DNA from: Phoronis australis
Taxonomy: Eukaryota; Animalia; Phoronida
Direction: 5' to 3'
NCBI GenBank assembly: GCA_002633005.1
Contig: NMRA01000459.1
Coordinates: forward strand, 43,335 to 107,334
Length of the DNA: 64,000 nt
Shown: positions 24,340 to 36,794 of the stretch, piece after piece
Numbering within the stretch: position 1 is the stretch's first letter
Layout: each line of letters starts with the position of its first letter
Made by a program: the position numbers and the translations under genes
Notes under the pieces: model-generated
What the model was told of the DNA's origin: nothing
Databases searched by the model: none
The model's input: the letters and a program-made list of their open reading frames with translations, nothing else

Positions 24340-26560
24340 CAGTGTAATAAACCATTTAGTTATCTCACTAGTGAGATAACATTTTGACGGGAACCGAGGC
24401 CGGTTTCGAACCCGGGCCGCAAGAGTTTCGGGTCGTCGACTTTGCCACTGCAACACTCAGCGGCTGACCTCATTAAACGTGAAAATAGAATACTTAAAGG
24501 AGAATGCCACTCAAAAACAACCTATTTTGTATCAATTTAGATGGAGTAGTTCCACTTGATAACAGCAAGTACATCTCTTTTACCTGACACCTGACGGTAG
24601 ACGGAGGTGTTGAAATTAACCAATGACGTCAGAAGTTCTACTGCAGTCTGTTCAGCAGTTCACAACACGCTTACTAGTGTCAGCTTATCGCTTGAATTCA
24701 TCAAAATTCGATAAAAAACCCTTAAAAATACACCGAGTTATTAAACAAACGTGTTATTTTATTTTGCTGTTACGGATTTTAGGTATTTGAACGTACCATA
24801 ACCTACAAAGTTCGGTAGGCCCAGGGCCGATTTACCGAAAGGTCGTTCGCGAGAGTTTGGGGACTCTTTGGCGATAAATTCAAATTATTGTTCCGTGAAA
24901 TACAGACAGGAGAACATAGTTGCATGTTGTAATTTTAGAATTGCGATTTTTTCAGTTCTAAACACAAAAATGCTTGCTATCCCGGACAGTGGCTTGGAAC
25001 CCGATCACGCCCATCGGGAAGACATCACGAACATAAACCGGCCAAAGTTGGAAACTAAACTTCCAGTCACGTAAATACTATACTAGTGAGCCAAAGAAAA
25101 ATGCGCACGTGGTTCTTATGTGAATTAGCTGCGAAACTGCTTAGGGGCCTCGAAGTCAGGTTACCCTTCCACAGAACCGTCAGGGCAAAAGTTATACAGT
25201 AACAATGATTCAAATAATGTATAAGAATATCTAAATAAAGATTCCCCTAACATCTGACTATAGGATATAAAATCGAGTTATACTTTTTTTTAACAGCATT
25301 CTGTCAGCAAACACTGAATTAGCATGCGCTCACACGGCCTCGGTGCCCACGGTCAATTAGCCGTTTTATTGCATCTAAAGCCGGTAGCGCAGTGATTTAT
25401 TCATTGCTGGCTTCTCAATTCATTTGCACTCACTCCAAGGCATTACAAACTGTATGTAATGAGACAGATTTTCACTTTGATATAAGCATTGGTTAGGGTG
25501 AGAATAATTCATTTTGAAACAGAACACACAATATATAGTAAACGCCAACGTGGCAACTCGCAATCCCGACTTAGACGTGTGGAGAGCTCATCCGAAGAAG
25601 ACTTCACTGATCGATTGTTAGGTTTCACAGGAATACACTGATCAAGAAATAATACAGAGGCTCCGTAAACGTGCATAGACAATGGAACATATGAATAGTT
25701 CCGAAAACTGTTTGAACTTGTCATGGTGTCAGTGAGCTAACTACGATAATGGAACGACTGACGCTTCCGTTTGTTGCCACGAAATTCCGCAAGTGAAACG
25801 AATTCTTGGAGAAGCGCAGATGTGTATCACGGACCATCCTGATTTTGTCCCGCATCTAAAAAGGTGTGCTTACGACGTTTTTTTAGGGCTGAGAAAAAGA
25901 AGTGGCGAAAACATCCTACACCCGAAGCCGGGACCAAACAGAAGCCTAACGTACGACCCAGTCATCAAGCAAGTTATATAAAACGTTACATGTATGTTCT
26001 CGCGCATTGAATTAATTGTAATTGTTTATGTTTTCATGGCCAATTACAATTCTCCATAATTAAAAACTGATCAACAACCGATCCGACGAAGTGCAGGCCA
26101 ATGTCAGACACAGGTAGAAGTTTCACGGCCTCATACTTCGTATTAATGGCGTATTTTTCGTTCTTCACTACCGCGAGCCACTTTCGAAGCATTATGGGCT
26201 CTCGAGGAAATCGAAAAAAAACGATATATCCCCTTTCCTCTCGCAAGCGGGAACGATACAACACACCTTAGCGGCACTCACTCTGCCGAAGAACCTCTGA
26301 CGTCGCTGCGTCGTTTCTCACCTTCCTCACAAGTTAAGGCGACACTTTTCGGCTAGGTAAGATCGACCGTATACGAGGTGATGCGGATTTAGACCGATTA
26401 AGACGGTAAAAACGACTAAGTGAATCAGGTGGCATTCTCCTTTGAATGAGCACGCGCAACAATCGCATGTTCAACAAAGGGCATTGAACCGACATTTATA
26501 CGCTATGAAAAATAAGACGCACAATTTCCATAAAAAAGATATGTTAATTCTGTAAAAATT
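24340..26560 (-). repeat. tRNA-like-containing repeat interrupted by Kolobok copy 1
   Basis: 24340-24497 joined to 26446-26560 reconstitutes the uninterrupted copy at 44360-44630 (gtgaaaatagaatacttaa|atgagcacgcgcaacaatcgcatgttca). Confidence 0.85.
24498..26441 (+). mobile_element. Kolobok DNA transposon, deleted copy 1 (P2X7-ballast/KolX-like remnant on +, THAP remnant on -)
   Basis: TIR AGGAGAATGCCAC..GTGGCATTCTCCT, with TTAA on the left and TTGA on the right. + frame from 25712: SWCQ*ANY..SVCCHEIPQV..CITDHPDF. - ORF 26034-26264: FFRFPREP..RKW..GLHF (THAP-like). Confidence 0.88.
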
Positions 26561-29500
26561 TTCTAATGGCCCCTCCTTAACGACCAGTTTTACAGATTTA
26601 CACAATAGTGTGATGCCGATAACTCCAACAACTGGATTTTTTCATTAAAACTTGCCACTGCAGAACCAATTTTCGAAAGGAGTTTTTAAAAAAATACTTT
26701 CATTTTTTTCTATGGTCATTTTACTGTGGAATCGCCTCATAGGGATAGGTTCAAAATTACGTGTTAGGAATGAAGAGTACATATTTTATCTTTCCCACTC
26801 GATGAGCAATTGTGTTGCACATGGGACACATACACTGTACATAGCGGTGTTTCCTTACGCTTAACAACGTAGAAAACGATTGCTCCATTAAAAAACAAAA
26901 CGAAACAAAGAATTATACAATTTAGTTACTTTTTAGTAGACAATCACTCAATTACGCGTTATACCTGAATGCATCAACCTTGTAATGAACAACAGCAAAA
27001 CGTCAAGGGGTGTTACAGTTGGTGTTTACTGGAAGAGCGACGCATACACGAGTTTGAGCGAGTGTGAATATATGTTGTGAACCATATAGGAATATCCATC
27101 GCGCGGGACAATGTAGGAGTGAATGTGTTTTTCTTTTGCTTTCATTTTTTGCAAAAGGTGCGAAGCCAGTGACCTCGACTTTCCCGGCTGTTGAACCACG
27201 TGACCGTCAGGTACTGTATTCATTGAAAGCTCACTTTGCCCGGCATGTGCATTAGTTTTCAAAATAAGCTGGACAACGTCGAAATTCGTCAGAGTATTGG
27301 CGCACAAAACCGCGACTAGAAAGTGTTTCAATTCTGTTCAAATCTCGACAAAATCTCGACAGGTGGTACTCCATCCATGTTGACGAAATCTAGACAACTC
27401 ACTGCGCAAGCTCACAACATAAATAAAAAAATGCGGATAGGCGCAATGATGTCACGTTAAGCTCCGACAAAAGTTTGACAAAATGGTATTGAGATAGAGT
27501 CTAGCCGAGGTCTGTCGAAGTATGTTTAGCTTAACTAAAAACTACTGTAAATCAATTGAAAGTAAGCATGAATGCTATTTCAGAAACAAGGAGACAAAGG
27601 CAAAGCCACCCGGGCGGTAACACGACTCGTAGCAAGCTTGACCGCATTTTTGGAAATTGTTCAACTTATCTCGTTCTGCAGTGCAGCGCTCGATTTCGCT
27701 CACAAATATATGTATGCTTTGGCTACGCCTTTTTTTCTAACATACACTCTGCTGATTAGCTTTCAGCTGTATTCACACGAGCTTTGACTTATCAGGATAT
27801 TACCTTGTTTTTTCACGCCGGTTTTGATCAGCACTACACACCGCTTGCATGGTTACCCTCACGGCGCCCAGCAACGAAACGTCTGATGGGGTTGCTGCCC
27901 TGATTTCAGTTAACTTTGAATGGAATACGACGATTTATCATAAATTCAGAAAAGCACAACAGATTTTGCTGTTCGTAATGGCTCTAATCATTGCGTTTAA
28001 TTTGTCGAAAAAGCAATTGTGGCTTTTTAAACCATCTTGTATCGATGGCAGTGATCACATGTACAATGTATTAAAGGCCATTCTTTTATTTGATAATGCA
28101 GATGCCAGACTCTCTGATCATTACACTGCTTATATACATGTAGAAAGAGAGGCCTCGAGTTATTCAATGCCTGCAATTATCGCGGTAATCTCATAAATGC
28201 TGCATGGGTTCCAAGTGTAATACTGGCTCGTGGACCAGCATGTCGATGAATATTTAATGAATGGGACTATTTGGTCTTGTCATATTACGACGTTGACAAA
28301 GCCTTCAAAAAGATCGGACGTCTGGTCCGAAATCTGAGAAAAGCCTACGTCCCTTAATCTGCGGTATCTAGTTCTTACCGTGAGCATGCTATGATATTCC
28401 AATGTCGTAACTTCTGCTTGGCTCTGTCAGGCCACACTGAAGGCACGCGGTTGTCCAGAATATTATCATTTTCAAGGTCAACGTTAGGCTGATTAGTCGT
28501 AATTAAGACGATTAACACGGAAGGAAAACTGCGTGAACGTGCGCACCGTTTTTGTGAGTATTCTAGCTCGCAAAACGCGACCTCAGATTGCCTGCGGTCA
28601 TCACTCCCAAAACGCCATTTCAAAATCTACACGTACAAAAGTATTTGTTGCTAAACTCGCCAAAAGCCGTTCCACGTTTTTCCACCACTTTCAATGTCTT
28701 TCAACAAATTCATTGATAGGTTTCAAATTTGTGTGAAATAGAGTCACCGTGTGACAAGCGCAGATACATAGGCCACATCTACCGTGGTCACTGCTGCTAA
28801 GTACCACAAGCGCAAAGCCAAAATGGCGGAAGTTCTTTGCAAATGTACAATAGCAGCAGATTCTCTACGTTGTGTTTTTTATCATATTTCACTGACATTG
28901 TAATGAATTTATTATGAAAATGAGTCCCGAAGGAGCAAATGACTGTTGCACGCATACAACCTCGATACCAAGGATTTGGGTCTATTCATAGAACACATGT
29001 ACGCCAGCTCATGGCTACGCCAAGCTTTATTACTGCCGATAACTGAATGATTCAAACAGCTGCACAATAGTTGTATCGCGTAGTACGTCTAACTCCGGAA
29101 AGTCATTAAAATCATTACCTAGCACAGGTGTTGGTGGGAAAAACTACTTCAACCATTTGAAAGTTTATTTTTATATCCACTGGCGGTCTCGTATCAAGTG
29201 TCTTAAGTTGCCGACGAGATCACGTTCCATAAATCACGCTGTCATCCTTATATATGTTCCACGTTTAATTGCTAATTCAAACCAGATACTAAGGAAAAAG
29301 AAAATAAAAAATGTTTGTGAAACTCCATGAAGAAGAATTTCTTCCAATTAGAGTTTGTTTATCTATAGATACTCAATAATAGTCTATGTCTTACATAGGC
29401 GCATATTCTTTAGATGCTGCATGCTTTCATCAGCGACATACACATTTCCTCGATCGCTCTTCATATACTTAGTCGTTGATGTGCATAGCAAGTACCCTAA

Positions 29501-30483
29501 GTGGATCCCGAAACTACCTTAATACTTTAATTTGTAACCATTACTTTTGGGACAGATATGATGAACTACGTTGTGTTTATTTACAAGTTCCAGTGAAATG
29601 ATTGGCTGGCATTATCAGCTCGATTTACGTGTTGGAACATTCTGATCAAGTCAAAATCCCAAACCCATTATTAGGTTAAGGGAAAAACTTGCCGGAACGG
29701 TTACCAGCTCATAACCTTAAGGGTGCGTTTCTTACATTATTACTAGATATAAAAACAGGTTACTCAACCAAACAAAATATTTTAAAACCCTTCCGTAATC
29801 GTAACATGATTGTAATTTACAACATCAAATAAGTTAGGGAACATCTACAAGTAAAGACAGGTATCTGCTTCACAGTGTTATAGTTAGCCAGGGCCGCGTT
29901 CCGTAGACCCCAAGACAGTGGGTTGCACGTGTGTTGAAAAATCGTCGCTCATGGAATGGAAACAGTGGATATTGTTCCATAATTTGTGAATTCAATCCCA
30001 TAGTTCAACAATCCAACCTCACCGACCAATCACTTGAGAGGCCACACTTCTGCTAGGATCGATAGTCCAGTGAGCATTCGAACATACTCAAGAAACACTC
30101 CTCTTTCACTCCTATCCGTGATTTTACGAGGTCTTGATTTTCTTGCACGAAGCCTGAGGACTACGGAACGTACACAGGCCAGTCTCATAATTTTATACTT
30201 AGGCTTGAGCTCTGAGGATCTCGAATGTCGTAACTGGTTCTGGTCTGAGAGAAACATAATTCATAGATAACGCATAAATTATCAAGCGAATGCTAAGTGG
30301 AAACTCAAAGAATTTGAGAAGCCGCCTGAGTGCTTGTGCTGGAGATCGATGACTGACTGATTCAGGCTGACATGCACTGGCGGGAGAAATGTTACAATAA
30401 GTTTCCAGACTGTTTCGATTAATGATTTGAACTTCAATTGCTGTACAAGATTGGATTATAATGTCCTTCATTAAGAAGTCTTG

Positions 30484-32082
30484 TGTTCAATAGGACCTTC
30501 CTGACAATAGGCTATTTATTAAAGGGACATTGTCCAACAATAGGCTATTTATTCAAGGGACCTTGTCCAACAATAGGCTATTTATTCAAGGGACCTTGTC
30601 CAACAATAGGCTATTTATTCAAGGGACCCTGTCCAACAATAGGCTATTCATTCAAGGGAAATTGTCCAACAATAGGCTATTCATTCAAGGGACCTTGTCC
30701 AACAATAGGCTATTTAACCAAGGGACCTTGTCCAACAATAGGCTATTCATTCAAGGGACCTTGTCCAACAATAGGCTATTTATTCAAGGGACCTTGTCCA
30801 ACAATAGGCTATTCATTCAAGGGACCTTGTCCAACAATAGGCTATTTATTCAAGGGACCTTGTCCAACAATAGGCTATTCATTCAAGGGACCTTGTCCAA
30901 CAATAGGCTATTTATTCAAGGGACCTTGTCCAACAATAGGCTATTCATTCAAGGGACCTTGTCCAACAATAGGCTATTTATTCAAGGGACCTTGTCCAAC
31001 AATAGGCTATTCATTCAAGGGACCTTGTCCAACAATAGGCTATTTATTCAAGGGACCTTGTCCAACAATAGGCTATTCATTCAAGGGACCTTGTCCAACA
31101 ATAGGNNNNNNNNNNNNNNNNNNNNNNNNNNNNNNNNNNNNNNNNNNNNNNNNNNNNNNNNNNNNNNNNNNNNNNNNNNNNNNNNNNNNNNNNNNNNNNN
31201 NNNNNNNNNNNNNNNNNNNNNNNNNNNNNNNNNNNNNNNNNNNNNNNNNNNNNNNNNNNNNNNNNNNNNNNNNNNNNNNNNNNNNNNNNNNNNNNNNNNN
31301 NNNNNNNNNNNNNNNNNNNNNNNNNNNNNNNNNNNNNNNNNNNNNNNNNNNNNNNNNNNNNNNNNNNNNNNNNNNNNNNNNNNNNNNNNNNNNNNNNNNN
31401 NNNNNNNNNNNNNNNNNNNNNNNNNNNNNNNNNNNNNNNNNNNNNNNNNNNNNNNNNNNNNNNNNNNNNNNNNNNNNNNNNNNNNNNNNNNNNNNNNNNN
31501 NNNNNNNNNNNNNNNNNNNNNNNNNNNNNNNNNNNNNNNNNNNNNNNNNNNNNNNNNNNNNNNNNNNNNNNNGACAATAGGCTATTCATTCAAGGAACCT
31601 TGTCCAACAATAGGCTATTCGTTCAAGGGACCTTGTCCAACAACAGGCTATTTATTCAGAGGACCTTATCCAACAATAGTCTATTCATTCAAGGGACCTT
31701 GTCCAACAATAGGCTATTCATTCAAGGGACCTTGTCCAACAATAGGCTATTCATTCAAGGGACCTTGTCCAACAATAGGCTATTTATTCAAAGGACCTTG
31801 TCCAACAATAGGCTATTCATTCAAGGGACCTTGTCCAACAATAGGTTATTTATTCAAGGGATCTTGTCCAACAATGGGCCATTCATTCAAGGGGCCTTGT
31901 CCAACAACAGGCTATTCATTCAAGGGACCTTTTCCAACAATAGGCCATTCATTCAAGGGACCTTGTCCAACAACAGGCTATTCATTCAAAGGACCTTGTC
32001 CAACAATAGGCTATTTATTCAAGGGACCTTGTCCAACAATAGGCTATTTAACCAATTGACCTTGTCCAACAATAGGCTATTC
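30484..32082. repeat. 33-bp minisatellite (ggaccttgtccaacaataggctattyattcaag)n
   Basis: About 19 units before the gap and about 15 after. The 11-aa periodic ORFs (GPCPTIGY[L/S]FK, LSNNRLFIQGT) give the 33-bp period. Confidence 0.97.
31106..31572. other. Assembly gap inside the minisatellite
   Basis: N run flanked by repeat units on both sides. Confidence 1.
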
Positions 32083-33671
32083 AGTCCTACATAACCTGAA
32101 GAGGACCTTGTCAGTGGATCACATTGGTAAACATATTGGATTGTCAAGAGTTTTATTGAACCGTTGAAAATGTCAATTTCCTTTTTACTAACTACCTAAA
32201 ATTATGTTAATTGAGACACCAACCATAATGAAACTTATTCCGTTCACTCAACTTAACAGTCAGGGAGCCTGGGAATAAAAATAATTTCAAACAGCATCAG
32301 ATGTTCAAGGGATTCTTCAACATCTAAGAAAATTTCGACCTTCAAGTCGTTGTCAAGTGATCCTTCAGTTGCGTGAATGTGTAGGCCGAATTTGTTACAG
32401 CAGCTCAGATTGTCAAAATTTCGGCATTGTGACGCTTTGACTTAGCACTTGCCTCCCAAAATGATACAACGATGTTGGTCGTGACAATTTGGACCTGTAC
32501 TGAGTAGAACAGGCTCAATTTCATAAAAACTATGGCAACCGCTACATCTGTAAAGGGTTTCACTAAATAAGCGCGCCCTTTTCCCAATTTTATTCAGAAT
32601 ATGTTGAAAACAACCATGTTGTCCCGCAAATGCCCTTGCCATATAACCCTGGGATAGGGACAAACCGTTATCCAACCTTTTGTTTATCTGTGTTGGCTAT
32701 ATCTTTAAAATTTATGTATGACCTGAAAAGTTTTACCCATTTTTGGGTCTAAACTTTGCCCCGATTGACCATGGAAAATCACAGAGCCGAGGCCGTAACT
32801 ATGGGAGAGAAACCATTATCACTCTTCCCTGAACACTCACTATCTACCGCAATGAAGCCGTCATACGTTGAATAACGAATCGTTACGGCAAGGAATTAAT
32901 GTAGCGCTTGTGCAGGGTAAGGCTCGATTGTTCACGGATAGTTCTCTCGGTGTGTGGTTGTCTTTTGCAGCCAGTGTCAAGAGTTTAACATTTTTGTTTC
33001 AAGTTGGATCAATTTCAGAGTTCCTGCATGTTCGGGACGAGGAACATAGAACGAGAGAATGAAAGACAACTAGTCGATCACAAAATACAAACAGAAACCA
33101 ACTGAAGACAAGGTACGCAATGGAACAAAACAATTGTTGTCTCTTAATTGTTCAATAGTTAACTTGGGAACGATTAATTTGTGAGCGAGTTATTTTCAAA
33201 CAACCAATATATTGATATCGTAATTCGTTGCCATGGAAAACTATGGGAATCGCTAATACTAATTTCTTATGACATACACTGTTACAGGCTGACTTCGAGC
33301 ATGATCATGTGACCTTTTGAATGAGATGAGACGAGTGCGAACCTCTGCCCGTCACGTCGATATAATTATTTTATAAACACCTACAAATCAAGAACCCAAA
33401 TGTGTCTCTAGATTTGATTCACGTTTGGACAACATCAGAGTTTATATTTACTATATAGAATTACTTATTACAAAGTGACCAGAGGTCGCACCAAAACAAG
33501 TCACGTGACCCTTTCCATGTACTGATTGACACATTGACTCCGTAGACAGTTGGAATCTTGACGTTGACTGGACCGTCCAAATCAAATTGACCAAATACAG
33601 TCAAACTAAATGCCATTGATCACTATCACTTTGTGTTAGAACTTGTTTCTTGGGATTTAGTATAGCATTAA

Positions 33672-35266
33672 AGGAGCATGCGACCCAAAAACAACCTAAT
33701 TTGTATCAATTTAGATCGAGTAGTTCTACTCCATAACGACACGTACGGTTGCGTTACCTGACATCTGACGGTCTGTTCAGCAGTTCACAACACGGGTTAC
33801 TGGTGTCAGCTTATCGCTTGAAGTCATCGTTTTACACCAATAAATCATCAAAATTTGATGTAAAACCCTTAAAAATACGCCGAGTTCTTATAAAAACATG
33901 TTGTTTTATTTCGCTCTTACTGATTTATTGGTATTTGGACACACCGTAGCCTACAAAGTTTGGCAGGCCAATGAGGTCCGTAGCAGGAGTTTGGGGTCTG
34001 TTCGGAGATAATTTCGAAGTATTTTCCGTGAGATACAGACATGAGAACCTAGATCTGTGTTGTTTAGGCTTGTGATTTTTGGAGTTCTAAACACAAAACG
34101 CTTGTTATCTTGGCCAGTGGCTCGGAGCCCGATCAGGCCCGTCGCGGCCGGCCGGATTGACTCGTTATCCCGGGCAGGCCAGTGGCTCGGAAACTGATCA
34201 GACATCACGAACATAAACCAGCCAAAGTTCAGTGGAAACTAAACTTCCAGTCAAGAAAATACTATACTAGTGAGCCAAAGTAATGTGCACGTGATTATGT
34301 TGGTGAATTACCACGGAACTGCAAATCTATACTCGTCGGGGGACGCGAATTCAGGTTTCGCTTTGGCCACAGCACCGTCAAGGCAGAAGTTGTACATTGA
34401 TAATCATTATTTGAGTAATGTAAATGTAAGTAAAGATTCCCCTAACACAATAGTTTCTGCCAGCAAACACTAAATTAGCATGAGCTCACACGGCATCGGT
34501 GTCCCGTCAATTAGTTTTATTGCACCTAAAGCCGGTAACGCAGTGATTTATTCATTGCTGGCTTCTCAAATCAATTCAGTGCACTCACGAACACTCCAAA
34601 GGCATTACAAATTGCATATAATGAGACAGACTTTGTTTCAGTTTTATATAAGTATTGGTTAGGGTGAGAATAATTCATTTTGAAACAGAAAGCTCAGTAA
34701 TAAATGCCAACATGGCAACTCGCAATCCCGACTTAGGACGAGCTAGAGCTCAAAGGTCCCAACTTCGGAGGTGGATCGTTAAGTTTTACAGGCTATCAAT
34801 TCGAACAGGAATACAGTGATGAAGAAATACTAGAGAGGCGCCGTGAACAAGCTCAAACAACGGAACGTATGGAGTTATTTGGTAAGCCGGCATTCGTCGG
34901 ACGTCTCAGTGCAGGCCACAGACACGGAGATGTTTCACGGCCTCATACTTGCTATTTACAGCGTACATTTCATTTTTCACTACCATGAGCCACTCCCTAA
35001 GCATTTCGGACTCTCGAGGAAGTAAAAAAACGATATACCCGCTTTCCTCGCAGCTTCTTAGTTCGGACAAGCGGGAACAATGCACCGCAACATAGCGGCA
35101 TTCACTCTGCATATGAACCACTGACGTCGCGAGCGTCGTTTCTCACCTTCCTCACAGCTTAACGCGACAACTCTTGGCAAGGTAAGGTCGACCGTATGCG
35201 AGGCGATGTGGATATAGACCGATTAAGATGGCAAAAAAGACAAATTAAATCGGGTGGCATTCTCCT
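33672..35266 (+). mobile_element. Kolobok non-autonomous copy 2 (THAP remnant on -)
   Basis: TTAA|AGGAGCATGC...GTGGCATTCTCCT|TTAA. ORF 34906-35121 (-) reads ECRYVAVHC..FLLPRE..REW..LRVCGLH, a THAP C2CH pattern. Homologous to copies 1 and 3. Confidence 0.9.
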
Positions 35267-36794
35267 TTAAGCTTACACAATTCCTTGTCGTCAAATATCT
35301 GCAAAGCTATCAAACTTAACTCAAGAAAAAAGTGCATTTTTATTTTCTGGAAGCAAGACGGCTTCAGAAATTGACCTTTTACTCCATAGCACCTGCCGTT
35401 GATTGGATTACGTGGCCATTTTTAGCGAAATTTAGTAAAACATCGGTATCAATACCTGACGACCGAATGTTTTTTGATATAACTGTTTAAGATGAAGTCT
35501 AAAAAATGAAGCAGTTCTCTAAGTTATCATTTTATGTCCAGCTTTCATGCAAAAATGAAACAATTTTATTAACAATCTTTTAGACAACAGTTCATATCGC
35601 ATTCCGAGTTGTATAAACGGGATACGTTCATTAATGTCATGTTATCAAAGGCGTATCTGTTGAGCATCAAACTCTTGTCGTCACATCAGTGCGGTAATGT
35701 CAGACAAGTACTGTAGTTGACATCAGACAAGAGGCATCTTAATGATTGCATGCCACTCTTTGCAGTCACTAACACATGGGGACGGGGCCTCGGGGGGGGG
35801 GGGGNNNGGGGGGGGGGGGGGGGGGGCACGAACGAGTCCCAGTGGCGAATTGGGCAAAAAGGTCCGGCTCAGTGAAACAATAGGTCCGAGTAAACGAGAC
35901 AAAAGCCCACAAAATGGACGATGCGTGAGCCCGAACCTAGTTTTTTTTGTCCTCGTGGATTTCTTTCAGTACGAGGTCCGCATACCGAAAAATTCGAGCC
36001 CCCTATATTTTAGGCTGGGTGCGCGCATGCACTTACATGTACACACATCGACTAATCGACGTTGTCGTCGGTTGGCGTTAATTTAATATTTTGGGATTGC
36101 ACCTTTACTGAATGCGTTGTTGAAAAATCCCCTTGATCTGAGGAGATTTGTCCCACGTGTACTGCATGCATATATTAAGTGTGATTAACCCGGGGCCTAT
36201 TCATAAAAAGGTTCTTGTCGTTGACATTCAGTGGCAGTGAGACTGAATCCATGGACATAAGCCCGTCTGACTTGGGTTGGGCGATAAAAAGAGATCAGAC
36301 GCATGGCGTTGCTTACTTGGAGTTGGTCTGTGCGATTTTCATTCTGATTGGACGCAGAATAAACGTACTCTTGGTTTGTTGCCACCTTGAATTCAACTCG
36401 TCAAAAATATTAGACATTACTTAAGGAATAAATGCACTACTGCACACAGTCGTTGAGAAGCACGTGGCATCACAGGAGATTCGCAAACAGTCTGGTTTGT
36501 GACAAGGCGTTATGGAATCCATGGGGATCAACGTGAGTAAGTTCACTCTCATCGATTGGCCATAACTGGAACATGTCAAGTAATATCTCTGCTTAAAAAT
36601 ACAAGGGTTTTACGTTAGTTAGTGACAAATTGCCCATTGTAGAATTAGCTTTTTCAACCTGACAATTTACAAGTTACAGGAATCCAAGTAGGTTCCCAAG
36701 GGCTTTGGGGAAATACACACAATCTGCCCCGACTTGCAACTGAGCTCTCGATCAGCCGCATAATTGTCTCCATTAGTGGCGATAAATAGACCGA

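Noticed and set aside
28815-28840. AAAATGGCGGAAGT (YY1/ETS-like promoter motif; AAAATGGCGG also at about 9 and 62783)
   Set aside because: No associated gene or exon found, and such motifs are common inside DNA-transposon remnants.
30483-32094. Long ORFs (365, 509 and 164 aa) with LSNNRL or CPTIGY repeats, suggesting an LRR protein, a repeat protein or a CRISPR-like array
   Set aside because: They are by-products of a stop-free 33-bp unit plus N runs. An 11-aa period is too short for an LRR, and there are no unique spacers between units.
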